Shown: positions 39,229 to 49,808 of the stretch, piece after piece
How positions within the stretch are numbered: the stretch's first letter is position 1
Layout: each line of letters starts with the position of its first letter
From: an uncultured Gammaproteobacteria bacterium
GTDB lineage: Bacteria; Pseudomonadota; Gammaproteobacteria; UBA9214
Direction of reading: 5' to 3'
Assembly (NCBI GenBank): GCA_963748215.1
Contig: CAVVHS010000006.1
Location: 339,259-403,258, forward strand
DNA: 64,000 nucleotides
Translations under genes and position numbers: made by a program
The notes under the pieces: model-generated
What the model was told of the DNA's origin: nothing
What the model saw: only the letters and a program-made list of their open reading frames with translations
Databases searched by the model: none

Positions 39229-40638
39229 ATGAGTGTAAAAACACGATTTGCACCCAGCCCGACAGGCTACCTGCATGTCGGCGGTGCAAGAACTGCGTTG
39301 TTTTCATGGCTGTATGCCCGCAAGCACGGCGGCAAGTTCGTATTGCGCATCGAGGATACCGACCTTGAGCGGTCTACCCAGGAATCCATCAATGCCATTC
39401 TGGAGGGGATGACCTGGCTTGGGCTGGAGTATGACGACGGGCCGTTTTATCAGACGCACCGGTTTGACCGGTATAACAAGATAATCGACGATCTGATCGG
39501 CGGGGGGCTGGCCTATCGATGTAATTGTTCCAGAGATCGTCTCGATGCGTTGCGCGAGTCCCAGATGCAGCACAAGCTCAAGCCCCGATACGATGGACAC
39601 TGCCGGAAGCATTCCGTCTCGCCCGATGAGCCTCATGTGGTTCGGTTCTGTAATCCGGCGGATGGCAGCGTAGTCGTCGACGACCAGATCCGCGGCAAGG
39701 TCATTTTCAGCAATGACGAGCTCGATGATCTGATCATACGCAGGACTGATGGCTCGCCCACCTACAACCTGACCGTGGTGGTGGATGACATGGATATGGA
39801 GATTACACATGTCATTCGTGGCGACGACCATCTCAACAACACGCCGCGGCAGATCAATATTCTACGGGCACTCGGTGCCCAGCAGCCCGTGTATGCGCAT
39901 GTGCCTATGATTCTTGGCGATGACGGCATGCGCCTGTCCAAGCGTCACGGCGCAGTGAGCGTGATGGAATACCGGAATCAGGGGATACTCCCCGAGGCCT
40001 TGCTTAACTACCTGGTTCGACTGGGCTGGTCGCATGGCGACAGGGAAATATTCACGCTCGAGGAGATGGTCGAGTTGTTCGACATCAAGGATGTCAACAA
40101 GGCAGCTTCCGCATTCAACAGCGAGAAACTGCTGTGGCTGAACCAGTGCTACATTAAGGGGTCGGAGCCGGCCAGGATTGCCCGGCTCCTGAGCCCGCAC
40201 ATCGGGCAATTGGGTATCGATCCTGCCTGTGGTCCGGATCTGGTGGCAGTTGCCGAGGTGCAGCGGGAAAGGGCAAAGACACTGGTGGAAATGGCGGAAA
40301 TCAGTGCATTCTTTTATCGTGATTTCGAAGACTTCGATGCAGATGCGGCTGGCAAGTTTCTCAAGCTCGCAGCCCGCGAACCACTGCAGAAACTGCGTGA
40401 TGCCCTGGCAACAGTGCCAGAATGGGAGCCGGATGCCCTGCATCAGGTTGTCAAGGACGTCGCGGAGCTTCTGGATCTGAAGCTTGGCAAGGTTGCCCAG
40501 CCACTGCGGGTCGCCGTCGTGGGGCGGGCGGCCTCGCCCGGTATCGATGTGACCCTGCATCTGGTCGGGCGTGAGGCCTGTCTGCGCAGGATCGACAAGG
40601 CGCTTGATTATATCTTGCAACGGAGCAGTGAGGCCTGA
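39229..40638 (+). CDS. gltX: Glutamate--tRNA ligase
   Basis: [29 protein letters not shown] (HIGH) and KLSKRHG (KMSKS); 469 aa. Confidence 0.95.
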   Translation: MSVKTRFAPSPTGYLHVGGARTALFSWLYARKHGGKFVLRIEDTDLERSTQESINAILEGMTWLGLEYDDGPFYQTHRFDRYNKIIDDLIGGGLAYRCNCSRDRLDALRESQMQHKLKPRYDGHCRKHSVSPDEPHVVRFCNPADGSVVVDDQIRGKVIFSNDELDDLIIRRTDGSPTYNLTVVVDDMDMEITHVIRGDDHLNNTPRQINILRALGAQQPVYAHVPMILGDDGMRLSKRHGAVSVMEYRNQGILPEALLNYLVRLGWSHGDREIFTLEEMVELFDIKDVNKAASAFNSEKLLWLNQCYIKGSEPARIARLLSPHIGQLGIDPACGPDLVAVAEVQRERAKTLVEMAEISAFFYRDFEDFDADAAGKFLKLAAREPLQKLRDALATVPEWEPDALHQVVKDVAELLDLKLGKVAQPLRVAVVGRAASPGIDVTLHLVGREACLRRIDKALDYILQRSSEA

Positions 40639-40641
40639 TTA

Positions 40642-42336
40642 ATGAATGATCTTGATATTGTGGCAGGCGGAAACTTCATACGCCAGACCATTGATGCAGA
40701 TATCGCCGCCGGAAAAAATGACGGGCGGGTCGTTACGCGGTTTCCGCCCGAGCCGAACGGTTACCTGCACATCGGGCATGCAAAATCCATTTGCCTGAAC
40801 TTTGGTATCGCGGAAGACTACAAGGGCAGCTGCAACCTGCGTTTCGATGACACCAATCCGCACAAGGAAAACGTCGAGTATATCGAGGCGATCAAGGCCG
40901 ATGTGCGCTGGCTGGGTTTCGAGTGGGACAGCCTGTACTTTGCGTCAGACTATTTCGAGCATTTGTACGAATTTGCCGTCGGGCTTATCAAGGCGGGCAA
41001 GGCCTACGTGTGTGACCTGTCTGCGGAACAGATACGTGAATATCGCGGTACGCTGACAGAGCCGGGTCGGCAGAGTCCCTATCGAAACCGCAGTGTGGGT
41101 GAAAATCTGGACCTGTTCGGGCGTATGCGTGCGGGCGAGTTCGAGGATGGCAAGCGCGTCCTGCGCGCGAAAATCGACATGGCATCGCCAAATATCAACA
41201 TGCGTGATCCCGCCCTGTACCGGATTCGTCACGGCGTGATCCATCATCAGACCGGTGCGGAGTGGTGTATTTACCCGATGTATGATTACACCCATCCCAT
41301 ATCGGATGCTCTAGAGGGGATTACACACTCGATCTGTACTCTGGAGTTTGCCGACCATCGTCCATTGTACAACTGGATACTGGATAACATACCGGCACCC
41401 TGTCACCCGCAGCAGATCGAGTTTTCCAGGCTCAATCTCGAGTATACCGTCATGAGCAAGCGCAAGCTGACCGAACTGGTCGGCGAGGGTTATATGGAAG
41501 GCTGGGACGACCCGCGCATGCCGACGATAGCGGGTCTGCGACGCCGGGGATACACGCCGGCATCGATCCGTGATTTCTGCGCGCGAATCGGCGTCAGCAA
41601 ATCGGAGAACACGGTCGAAATGGGCGTGCTGGAGAATTGCATTCGCGAAGACCTCAATATGAATGCGCCACGCCGGATGGCCGTTTTACATCCACTGAAG
41701 GTGATAATTACCGATTATCATTCGGCTCGAATCGAGCATATCGAGGTGGCAAATCATCCGCAGAACGACACCATGGGTACCCGCGCGCTTGCCTTCACCA
41801 GTGAACTCTATATCGACAGGAGTGATTTCCTGGAAGATCCGCCGAAGGGCTTCAAACGGCTGATTCCCGGTGGCGAGGTGCGATTGCGTAATGCCTACGT
41901 TATCCGCTGCAACGAAATCATCCGGGACACGCACGGGGAGATCATTGAATTGCACTGCAGTCACGATCCCGCCACGCTTGGCGCCAACCCGGAAGGTCGC
42001 AAGGTGAAAGGAGTGATTCACTGGGTATCGGCCCGTTCAGGCGTGACGGCGGAGATCCGCCTGTATGACCGCCTGTTCAGTCATCCCGTGCCGGATGCAG
42101 CCAGGGAAGGAGGGGACTACAAGGACTGCCTCAATCCGGATTCGTTGCGGACGCTTACTGGGTGTATTGTTGAGGCGTCGCTCGCGACTGCTGCCTGCGG
42201 CGAGAGCTTTCAGTTCGAGCGGGAAGGCTATTTTTGTGTCGAGTCAAGGCATTCAACAACACATGCACTGGTATTCAACCGGACCGTAACGCTGCGGGAT
42301 TCCTGGGCGAAAATCGAACGGGCGCAGAATGGCTGA
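40642..42336 (+). CDS. glnS: Glutamine--tRNA ligase
   Basis: [23 protein letters not shown] (HIGH) and VMSKR; 564 aa. Confidence 0.95.
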   Translation: MNDLDIVAGGNFIRQTIDADIAAGKNDGRVVTRFPPEPNGYLHIGHAKSICLNFGIAEDYKGSCNLRFDDTNPHKENVEYIEAIKADVRWLGFEWDSLYFASDYFEHLYEFAVGLIKAGKAYVCDLSAEQIREYRGTLTEPGRQSPYRNRSVGENLDLFGRMRAGEFEDGKRVLRAKIDMASPNINMRDPALYRIRHGVIHHQTGAEWCIYPMYDYTHPISDALEGITHSICTLEFADHRPLYNWILDNIPAPCHPQQIEFSRLNLEYTVMSKRKLTELVGEGYMEGWDDPRMPTIAGLRRRGYTPASIRDFCARIGVSKSENTVEMGVLENCIREDLNMNAPRRMAVLHPLKVIITDYHSARIEHIEVANHPQNDTMGTRALAFTSELYIDRSDFLEDPPKGFKRLIPGGEVRLRNAYVIRCNEIIRDTHGEIIELHCSHDPATLGANPEGRKVKGVIHWVSARSGVTAEIRLYDRLFSHPVPDAAREGGDYKDCLNPDSLRTLTGCIVEASLATAACGESFQFEREGYFCVESRHSTTHALVFNRTVTLRDSWAKIERAQNG

Positions 42337-42403
42337 CAAGCCGGATTTTCCCCTACGTCAACTGCTTAGGCTGCTCGTGAGTAACTAAATCTTTTTTGTG
42401 ATC

Positions 42404-42432
42404 TTGACATGCAAGGGCGTCTAACGTAAATT
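42404..42432 (+). promoter_or_regulatory. Candidate sigma70 promoter for the tRNA Ala-Glu operon, with GC-rich discriminator
   Basis: TTGACA (42404-42409), a 17-nt spacer, TAAATT (42427-42432), then gcgcgc before the tRNA at 42448. Confidence 0.45.
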
Positions 42433-42447
42433 GCGCGCTTCGTTTTC

Positions 42448-42523
<76 letters not shown>

Positions 42524-42565
42524 AAATTGTCCCGGGCGCCCGTGTTGCCCTGGTCAGCGTCACAG

Positions 42566-42642
42566 GTCCCCATCGTCTAGTCGGCCTAGGACACCGCCCT
42601 TTCACGGCGGTAACAGGGGTTCGAATCCCCTTGGGGACGCCA
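42566..42642 (+). tRNA. tRNA-Glu (TTC)
   Basis: GTCCCCATCGTCTAGTCGGCCTAGGACACCGCCCTTTCACGGCGGTAACAGGGGTTCGAATCCCCTTGGGGACGCCA. Confidence 0.9.
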
Positions 42643-43130
42643 TAAACCAAAAGGCCCGCTATTGCGGGTCTTTTGGTTTATCACCTCGGGAGGGGATGAG
42701 AACCCCGGGTTCGAGCCGAGCCACGCCAGGCGTGGCGAGACAACAACGCCGCAGGCGTTGGCCCCGCAGGGGTGAGGCGCGCAGCGACGAATAATCCCCT
42801 TGGGGACGCCATAAACCAAAAGGCCCGCTATTGCGGGTCTTTTGGTTTATCACCTCGGGAGGGGATGAGAACCCCGGGTTCGAGCCGAGCCACGCCAGGC
42901 GTGGCGAGACAACAACGCCGCAGGCGTTGGCCCCGCAGGGGTGAGGCGCGCAGCGACGAATAATCCCCTTGGGGACGCCATAAACCAAAAGGCCCGCTCT
43001 TGCGGGTCTTTTGTTTATCACCTCGCGAGGGGATGAGAACCCCGGGTTCGAGCCGAGCCATGCCAGGTGTGACAGGACAGCAACGCTTCAGGCGTGGCCC
43101 GGCAGGGATGAACTCTGGCTCGAAACACTA
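42621..43130. repeat. Tandem repeat, 3 copies of a ~170-bp unit that starts with the last ~22 nt of tRNA-Glu (att-core-like) and includes the terminator hairpin
   Basis: Units begin at 42621, 42791 and 42961. Copies 1 and 2 are identical; copy 3 is degenerate (ctcttgcgggtcttttgtttat ... catgccaggtgtgacagg). The period also shows as repeated peptide strings in the overlapping track ORFs. Confidence 0.75.
42643..42682 (+). terminator. Strong bidirectional rho-independent terminator hairpin after tRNA-Glu (first of three copies)
   Basis: AAACCAAAAGGCCCGCtattGCGGGTCTTTTGGTTT, a 16-bp stem. Confidence 0.6.
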
Positions 43131-44441
43131 CTTCTGCCTGAATATCCAGACGTCCTTGATGCCGAGCTCCTGCTTGACGGTTCCGGCATGCTTCTTGGCG
43201 GCGGCGTAACTTTCAAAACCGGCTATCTGCAGTCGCCAGTATTGCCTGCCATTCACCGTCGCGCTGTTCAGTTCGGCATTCTGTTTTGCGGCGCCGCTGT
43301 TTCTGCTGAAACGTTCAACGTAGGCCTTGTCAGGAGAGGAAAGCAGATTGATGACCCATGGGCCAGTGCTCGACGCAGGTTTGTCTGCCGTCATCAAAGC
43401 TTGAGAAGCTTCGGGGGCAGCTTTGCTTCCCGTGTCTTCGCGGACGGGCGTCGGCGGAGCAGTCCTGGTGATCGCGGCAACCGCATCTCCGGCAACCGGG
43501 GGTTTCGATGGCCTGGTTGCCGGTTGTGTGACCGTGCCTGCCATACCGGGACTGCTGCGCCCCGGCAGGTCAGGCTGGGCAGGTTCCTGATCGATGGCGT
43601 CGTCAGCAGCGGCTGTTGCAGGTCTGCTGGCCGCTGCAGGTATTTCCGGCTCCCTGGCAGGGCTGTCTGGTTTCCGCGCCTCTCGCGCTGGTGTGCTCGC
43701 GGAAGGCGGGATAACCTGGCCCAGTCTGCTAGCGAGATTGGCGAATGCCTCGTTCAGCGCAGTCATCCGGGCGTTGAGCGACGCATACCTGCCTTCCTGC
43801 AAGCTGGCGCTGAATACACGACTCTGTATGTCAGCGAGTTCTGTCGATTGCCGCTTGCTTAGCGTTTCGAGGGTACTGATGCGGCTGTCGATACTGGCGG
43901 TATAGACATAACCCCCGGTAATCACGCAGACGGCAAATACCGTGGCAAGAATAACTGAATAGAATGGCCGGTTATTCTGTTTCTGTGCGTGCTTTGTTGC
44001 CTGCCCGGAGAGCTTTTCATTAATGAGATTTGCGGTTGCCCTGCTGCTTGTGCCTCTCCTGTCCAGGCGGCCAAGCGAGGCTTCGAGTTTATGCTGTTCG
44101 CTGACCCGATAGGATTCAATCAGGTCCACCAGTACGGGGTCGGGCTTGTGAAATTCAACGTCGATGCTGTCCGCTTCGACATGTCGAACCCAGGAAGGGA
44201 TGGCAATTTTCCTTGTCTTGCCCTCATGCTTTATGGTCAGGTGAACATCGACGCTGTCGCCGTCCTTGAAGGTCAGCAGGCGTCCATCGGCATCACATTG
44301 CAGCTGCATGCCGTTCTGGCTGACATTCATGACGCGGCAGCCTTTTGGAACGGTTTTTTCGCCGATAAGGAGGGCGTTGATATTGACCGGCGTTCGCGCT
44401 TGACTTCTACGTTCCATAGCTCTGCTTGATAAGCTCCGCAA
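43128..44441 (-). CDS. PilZ-TM-coiled-coil-SPOR domain protein
   Basis: N-terminal PilZ c-di-GMP-binding motifs (RRSQAR = RxxxR; NVSQNG = N/DxSxxG), one TM helix (FYSVILATVFAVCVITGGYVY), a Pro/Ala-rich linker and a C-terminal SPOR-like peptidoglycan-binding domain (WVINLLSS...YWRLQIAGFESYAAAKK). Confidence 0.6.
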   Translation of the reverse strand: MRSLSSRAMERRSQARTPVNINALLIGEKTVPKGCRVMNVSQNGMQLQCDADGRLLTFKDGDSVDVHLTIKHEGKTRKIAIPSWVRHVEADSIDVEFHKPDPVLVDLIESYRVSEQHKLEASLGRLDRRGTSSRATANLINEKLSGQATKHAQKQNNRPFYSVILATVFAVCVITGGYVYTASIDSRISTLETLSKRQSTELADIQSRVFSASLQEGRYASLNARMTALNEAFANLASRLGQVIPPSASTPAREARKPDSPAREPEIPAAASRPATAAADDAIDQEPAQPDLPGRSSPGMAGTVTQPATRPSKPPVAGDAVAAITRTAPPTPVREDTGSKAAPEASQALMTADKPASSTGPWVINLLSSPDKAYVERFSRNSGAAKQNAELNSATVNGRQYWRLQIAGFESYAAAKKHAGTVKQELGIKDVWIFRQK

Positions 44442-44596
44442 GCTGGCAGCTGATCCGTTGATTCGTTCTGGGTTGCCCGGCGTGTGTCGGGTTGACGTGA
44501 ACTATACGATCATTAATGCAGAACGTCCATGCCTGTGTCAGGCAGGATTCTCCCGTGGTCGCCGACCGACCGGTGCCCGATGGAATATGTCGATAC

Positions 44597-45766
44597 TCAG
44601 TCTCTTCGGAGCTTGGCGTTGACGGTGATCGGGGTGGGGTAATTGAGCATGATCAGGTACGAGGAGGCTACAAAGGTGAGCAGTGTGGTCGCCTGGATGA
44701 GGTACGAGGCCCGGGAACTGATCGCGCCGGCATTCAGGGCCAGGACGGCTATCATAAGGGAAAATTCACTGACCTGGCCGAGCCGGACTCCCGCCTCGAG
44801 CGAGAGCTTGTGCTGTTCGCCGGAGTAACGGAGTAATCTCGAAAACACCAACGGTTTGGCGGCGAGCATGACGGTTGCGATGACTGCGGCAGGAATGAAG
44901 ACATCCGCCAGAACCGTGATATTGAAACCGGCGCCGAGCGAAAAGAAAAACATAATCAGGAAGAAATCGCGCAGCGGTTTGAAACTCTCGGCGATGAACA
45001 GTGATATCGGGTTCGTGGCCAGCGCCACGCCGGCAATGAAGGCGCCTGTCTCGTAGGAAAGGCCTGCCGTTTCCGCCAGCTGGGCCATGCCCAGGCACCA
45101 GCCGATCGCGGTAAGGAAAACATACTCCTGGATGGTATCAAAGCGCAGGATCAGTGGCTGCAGGACATAGCGTTCGAACAGAAAGGCGACTGTTATCAGG
45201 ACTGGAATCGCCAGCGCCAGTATTCCTATGCGCTGCCACTCGATGGCTGACTGCGAGAATGCGTCCAGAAAGACGAGAATAAATATCGCGAGGATATCCT
45301 GCAGCAGCAGGATGCTGACCATGACCTGGCCCATATGGCGGTGGTGCAGTGCCGTCGTGGGCAGCAGTTTCAGTCCGATGATGGTGCTCGAGAACATCAT
45401 GACAGCACCGATTATCAGGCTGTCGAAGGAACTGAACCCGAAAGCCCTGCCGATCAGGTAACCGGCCGCGCAAAAGGCGAGCGAGCTGACGGCAGTAACG
45501 ACCAGGGCCTCCCTGAACATCCGTGCAAGTTGCGAGGGCTGCAGGTTGAGTCCCAGCAGGAACAGCAGGAAGATGATGCCGATGTGGCCGATCTGCTGGA
45601 TTACCGAGGCGTCGGTTACCAGCTGCAGGCCCCATGGTCCGACAAGTCCGCCGAGCAGGATATATGCAACCAGCAATGATTGTCTGGCAAACAGCGCCAG
45701 GGCGGCGAGTACAGCAGCGCCGGTGAATATCAGGAATATGGAAAAGATGATCGAATGGTCAGGCAT
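44597..45766 (-). CDS. Monovalent cation:proton antiporter (CPA2/Na+-H+ exchanger family) membrane protein
   Basis: 389 aa, about 12 TM helices, CPA-type fold; no C-terminal RCK domain. Confidence 0.75.
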   Translation of the reverse strand: MPDHSIIFSIFLIFTGAAVLAALALFARQSLLVAYILLGGLVGPWGLQLVTDASVIQQIGHIGIIFLLFLLGLNLQPSQLARMFREALVVTAVSSLAFCAAGYLIGRAFGFSSFDSLIIGAVMMFSSTIIGLKLLPTTALHHRHMGQVMVSILLLQDILAIFILVFLDAFSQSAIEWQRIGILALAIPVLITVAFLFERYVLQPLILRFDTIQEYVFLTAIGWCLGMAQLAETAGLSYETGAFIAGVALATNPISLFIAESFKPLRDFFLIMFFFSLGAGFNITVLADVFIPAAVIATVMLAAKPLVFSRLLRYSGEQHKLSLEAGVRLGQVSEFSLMIAVLALNAGAISSRASYLIQATTLLTFVASSYLIMLNYPTPITVNAKLRRD

Positions 45767-46402
45767 GACTTATCGTATAGCCGGCGTCCTGCAAAATAAA
45801 GGCGCTCCGTACTGGTCACCTGGCGGGGCCATGCCAGTATGAGGGCGCCAGGGCGCGATTGCCTGTTGCCTGGCGGTGTGGCTGTGTGCTGTTACAGAAT
45901 GGTGTTGGCCTGCCCGGGTAGCGAAAGCTCGAGTGCCCGGACCCGCTTGCCGGCCCCGTCGAGGGCCCTGCCGGCGGCGAACATGACATCATGACTGCCG
46001 GCTATGTGCTTCTGTTCGCCTGTAACATCTGTCGTTTGGCTGGTCGACAGGGTTGTGCAGGGTATGCTGGCCGATGCTGAATTGTTTGCGGCAGGGCTGC
46101 TATCCGTGGCTGCTGGCATCAAGCTGACCCCTGACGGAATCGGCCATGAGGTTGATGCGATCCAGTGCCGCTTGCCGGTGTCGCCGCATTCCCGGGTTTG
46201 CCAGTGGCTCGAGGTTGTCGGTTGCCAGCGGGGACGGTTTATCCGACATCAGGACATCGAGGTGGGCTTCGCCGACCCTGAGGCGAAGCATATCCGTCGT
46301 ACTGTATTTGTCGCAGGCGTGGGATTACACCCGGACGCGATGTCGCCGGAACGGGTCACCCCGTGCTAGTCGGCAACAGTCTCCTGTCATTATGATGATG
46401 TT

Positions 46403-47071
46403 TCAGGATATTTCGCTGAAGAAGAGCGCAAGGTTGAGCCGATTCTCTATTTCCAGTTTTCTGAAAATAGCGCTCAGGTGTGCCTTGACAGTGCGCTCCG
46501 AGATGTCGAGTTCGCGTGCAATCATTTTATTGTTGCCGCCGAGATGAACCATGCGTGCGACTTGCAGCTCTCTCGGCGTCAGGGTTCTGACCAGTGAATT
46601 GTCGAAATTGCTGTGCTGTAAGGGCACATTGCCCTCGCTGGCCAGTTCGCTGATCATCTCGGTGATCAGTTTTCTCTGTATCCAGTATTCTCCCTCGAGT
46701 ACCAGATTTACGGCGCGCGCAAGCAGTGCGGGCGTGATGTCATCCTTGCAGAAACCGCGTGCGCCGGCCTTGAACAGGCTGCGCTGGTCAACCAGCCTGT
46801 CAGATTGATTGTCGATGATGACCACGAAAATACCCGACAGTTTTCTTATCAGGCTGGTCAGGAATTCCGTCGTGTTATCCGCACAGACATGTGGATCGAT
46901 AAAGAGCAGGGTAGGTCTTTCGCTTGCGACGCAGGAATGCATGGCGGGCAGGGAAGTTATCCGCCGGGTTTCGTATTTTTTCCCCAGAACGCCGGTATAA
47001 CGGCCCGTGACAATATCGTCGCGACTGACAATCAGGATATAGTCATTTGCCGGTGATGCACTTGCTGCCAT
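46403..47071 (-). CDS. LuxR-family regulator with an atypical receiver-like N-domain (solo)
   Basis: C-terminal LuxR HTH (LTPRELQVARMVHLGGNNKMIARELDISERTVKAHLSAIFRKL). The N-domain is receiver-like with no cognate kinase adjacent. Confidence 0.7.
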   Translation of the reverse strand: MAASASPANDYILIVSRDDIVTGRYTGVLGKKYETRRITSLPAMHSCVASERPTLLFIDPHVCADNTTEFLTSLIRKLSGIFVVIIDNQSDRLVDQRSLFKAGARGFCKDDITPALLARAVNLVLEGEYWIQRKLITEMISELASEGNVPLQHSNFDNSLVRTLTPRELQVARMVHLGGNNKMIARELDISERTVKAHLSAIFRKLEIENRLNLALFFSEIS

Positions 47072-47759
47072 TGGCCCATTCCGCTGTCTGCCGTTCTGTG
47101 AGTGCTCATTCCCCTGCGCAGGACCGGTTTCAGCAGATAGTCAAGGACTGTTATTACGCCCATGAGGATATCAACCAACGTGTCTTGCCAGGATCGATTT
47201 CCGGTGGGTCCGCTTCAGTGTCCAGATAGCCGTGTTCAATCCTGAACCGGATCAGCAACAAGCCCTCACCGTTCCCATGTGTGATGGTATCGGCACTGAT
47301 GCGTTCTAGTTTAGCCGGCGATATACCGTAAATAGCGAGATCATATGCAGTTAATTTGACCAGGGCGGACTATTCCGGGCGCAGTAAGGCAATATCGGCG
47401 GGTCTGGTATGGGCCGTTGAAGGGATACGGCCTTCCAGGGGTACGATTTGATGCGGGAGCATTACCGGTCTGGATGATGCCACCTGTGTGTCGATCTTGA
47501 CCTGATCGATTCTTTGCGGACCGGCGTCCGGCTCACCCTGTAGCGTCGCCTGTCAGTCAGACGATCCTGGCTATCGAGGATCTGGCCGATCTGTTGATCG
47601 GGTCGCAGGTTGTCCCGCTTGGTGACCTCCCGGAAACGTCACAGCGAAATCTGACCGTGCGGCAAGGTATGCGTGACGAGGTCAACACGACGGCGAATCT
47701 CATAGCCGGAGTAGAGGACACATTCTCGATCCGGGCGCCTTGCACTCGGCCTCACGTTA

Positions 47760-49748
47760 TTATCGCGTCAGGCTGGCACTGGCCGATTCCTGAGCCAATT
47801 CCGGCCTGCCGGTCAGATACCCTTGCAAACCATCGATATTCAGGCCTGTCAGTGTGTCGCGCTCGGCAGCGGTTTCCACGGACTGTGCGATTACCTGGAT
47901 ATCGAGACTGTGCAGGGTATCCGTGAGCGCCTGTACGAAGAACCGGTTGTCGCTGTTGCTGTCGATACCGCGTATGTAACTGCTGTCGATCTTTACAAAA
48001 CTGATATCCATGCTGCGCAGGTAGCCGAACGATGCGAACCCCTTGCCAAAATGATCAATGCCGCTCCTGCAACCCAGTGTATTCAGGCGTTCGACGAGGT
48101 TGCGGGCATTCTGGATGTTTGCAAGGACCGCGTACTCTGGGAATTCAACCAGTATATGTTTCGCTAGCGTGGGGGCATTGCCAAGTGTGCTGGATAACCA
48201 CTGGATGAAGACTGCGTCATGCAGGGATGTCGATGAAAGGTTGACGGCAAAAAGGGTTGACGGATCGGGGTTCTGTGCGAGGTATTCGAGCAGTCGTGTG
48301 ACAGCCAGCTTGTCAAGCTGGCTGGCGAGACCGAAACGTTCAGCCAGTGGTACGAATATGCCGGCATTGACACCGTTGTTGCTTTTGTCATCGATGCGTG
48401 CGAGTACTTCTTTGTGCAGCATGCCGCTACCCTGCGCTTTGGTTTGGTATACCGCTTGCATGTACAGCCTGATGGCGCCTTTGTCGATGACCTCGCGTAA
48501 TCGCTTGCGCCAGTTTTGCATGCTGTGTATCTCGGGCTGGTTGGCTGCCGGAGCCTGATAGCGCTGCCAGATGTTCTGGCCGCTTGCCTGGGCAGAACGC
48601 AGTGCCATGTCGGCCTCGGACAGCAATTCCGGCAGCGTATTGCCATGCCGCCACATTGCAATGCCGATATGACCGATGTCATTTGAATCGGCAAGGCCGT
48701 CAGCGCGGAGCTGCAGGAGATCCCTGCAAAGTGTCGCAGCGAGTGCGTCGGCGCTGCTGACCGGAAGACCGGTGACGACAATGCCGAAGCCGGCGCCCGA
48801 TATGCGGGCGGCAAAGCTGTTCTCAAGATAGGAAAGTTGCGACTTTATCAGCTCGCCCGTTCTTTTCAGCAGCATGTCTCCTGCCGTGTAACCGCTACGT
48901 TCGTTGACCCTCGATAAGTCGCGCAACTCGAGCAACAGCAGCGCACCCTGCGAGACTTCGTCCCTGCTATCCAGCATTGCACCGAACTGACAGTCGAAAT
49001 AGCGCCGGTTGCCAAGGCCGGTGACGGTATCCTGGTAGGCCTGCTCGCGCAGGCGCTCCGTCAGTGCAGACTGTTCGGTAAAGATTTCACCGACCTTCTC
49101 GGAAAGCCTGTTCATTGCCAGAACGACGCTGCGCAGTTCGGCGGTACGCGGCAGGCGTCTCTGGATCATGTACGAACGGTTACGTATGGCATCCGCCTGT
49201 AACTTAACCCTCGCCAGTGGACGCAGCAGGAACCTGACAGCGACAGTTGCGAGTACCAGGGTGACGACCGCGGCGACCAGGTACAGCATCAATGTATCCA
49301 TTGTCGTGGCCCATAGCTGATTGTAGGCGCGCCCGGTATTGCTGGTAACATGAATCCGGCCGGCCTGGCTCCAGCCGGACATGACCAGTGCCTCCATGGC
49401 AGGCGCTTGCAGGGTAATCGCTTTCACGAACCACTCCGGCGCGGCACCGGTGTCTGGCGGTACGCTCTTTTCGACCAGCGTGTCTCCATCAGCCGAGATC
49501 AGCGCAATACGCTGGTATTCGCCACGGTCAAATACGGCGCCGATCATGGTCGAAATCACCGGTATGTCCGGCGGTTGCACATACGGAGACAGCGACAGAC
49601 CCAGTGATGTTGCGGTATCCCGCGCATGTGTCTCGAGCTGCGCGGTCATGAACGTGCGCAGGTTTTGTGTGCTGATAGCGACTGTTGCGATGAAGCCGGC
49701 AATCAGTATCAGCACAATCCCCGTCGAGATCTGTCTGTAAAGTGTCAT
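47760..49748 (-). CDS. lapD: LapD-like inner-membrane c-di-GMP receptor (LapD/MoxY N-domain, HAMP, degenerate GGDEF, EAL)
   Basis: 662 aa: TM-periplasmic-TM, HAMP, a GGDEF-like domain whose signature is degenerate (RISGAGFGIV), and a C-terminal EAL-like domain. Directly adjacent to a LapG-type protease. Confidence 0.7.
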   Translation of the reverse strand: MTLYRQISTGIVLILIAGFIATVAISTQNLRTFMTAQLETHARDTATSLGLSLSPYVQPPDIPVISTMIGAVFDRGEYQRIALISADGDTLVEKSVPPDTGAAPEWFVKAITLQAPAMEALVMSGWSQAGRIHVTSNTGRAYNQLWATTMDTLMLYLVAAVVTLVLATVAVRFLLRPLARVKLQADAIRNRSYMIQRRLPRTAELRSVVLAMNRLSEKVGEIFTEQSALTERLREQAYQDTVTGLGNRRYFDCQFGAMLDSRDEVSQGALLLLELRDLSRVNERSGYTAGDMLLKRTGELIKSQLSYLENSFAARISGAGFGIVVTGLPVSSADALAATLCRDLLQLRADGLADSNDIGHIGIAMWRHGNTLPELLSEADMALRSAQASGQNIWQRYQAPAANQPEIHSMQNWRKRLREVIDKGAIRLYMQAVYQTKAQGSGMLHKEVLARIDDKSNNGVNAGIFVPLAERFGLASQLDKLAVTRLLEYLAQNPDPSTLFAVNLSSTSLHDAVFIQWLSSTLGNAPTLAKHILVEFPEYAVLANIQNARNLVERLNTLGCRSGIDHFGKGFASFGYLRSMDISFVKIDSSYIRGIDSNSDNRFFVQALTDTLHSLDIQVIAQSVETAAERDTLTGLNIDGLQGYLTGRPELAQESASASLTR

Positions 49749-49808
49749 ATATCGTTCCGTGCCGTTACTGCAGCAGAATTCACCCTGTATACGATGGTGT
49801 GTGGTTGC

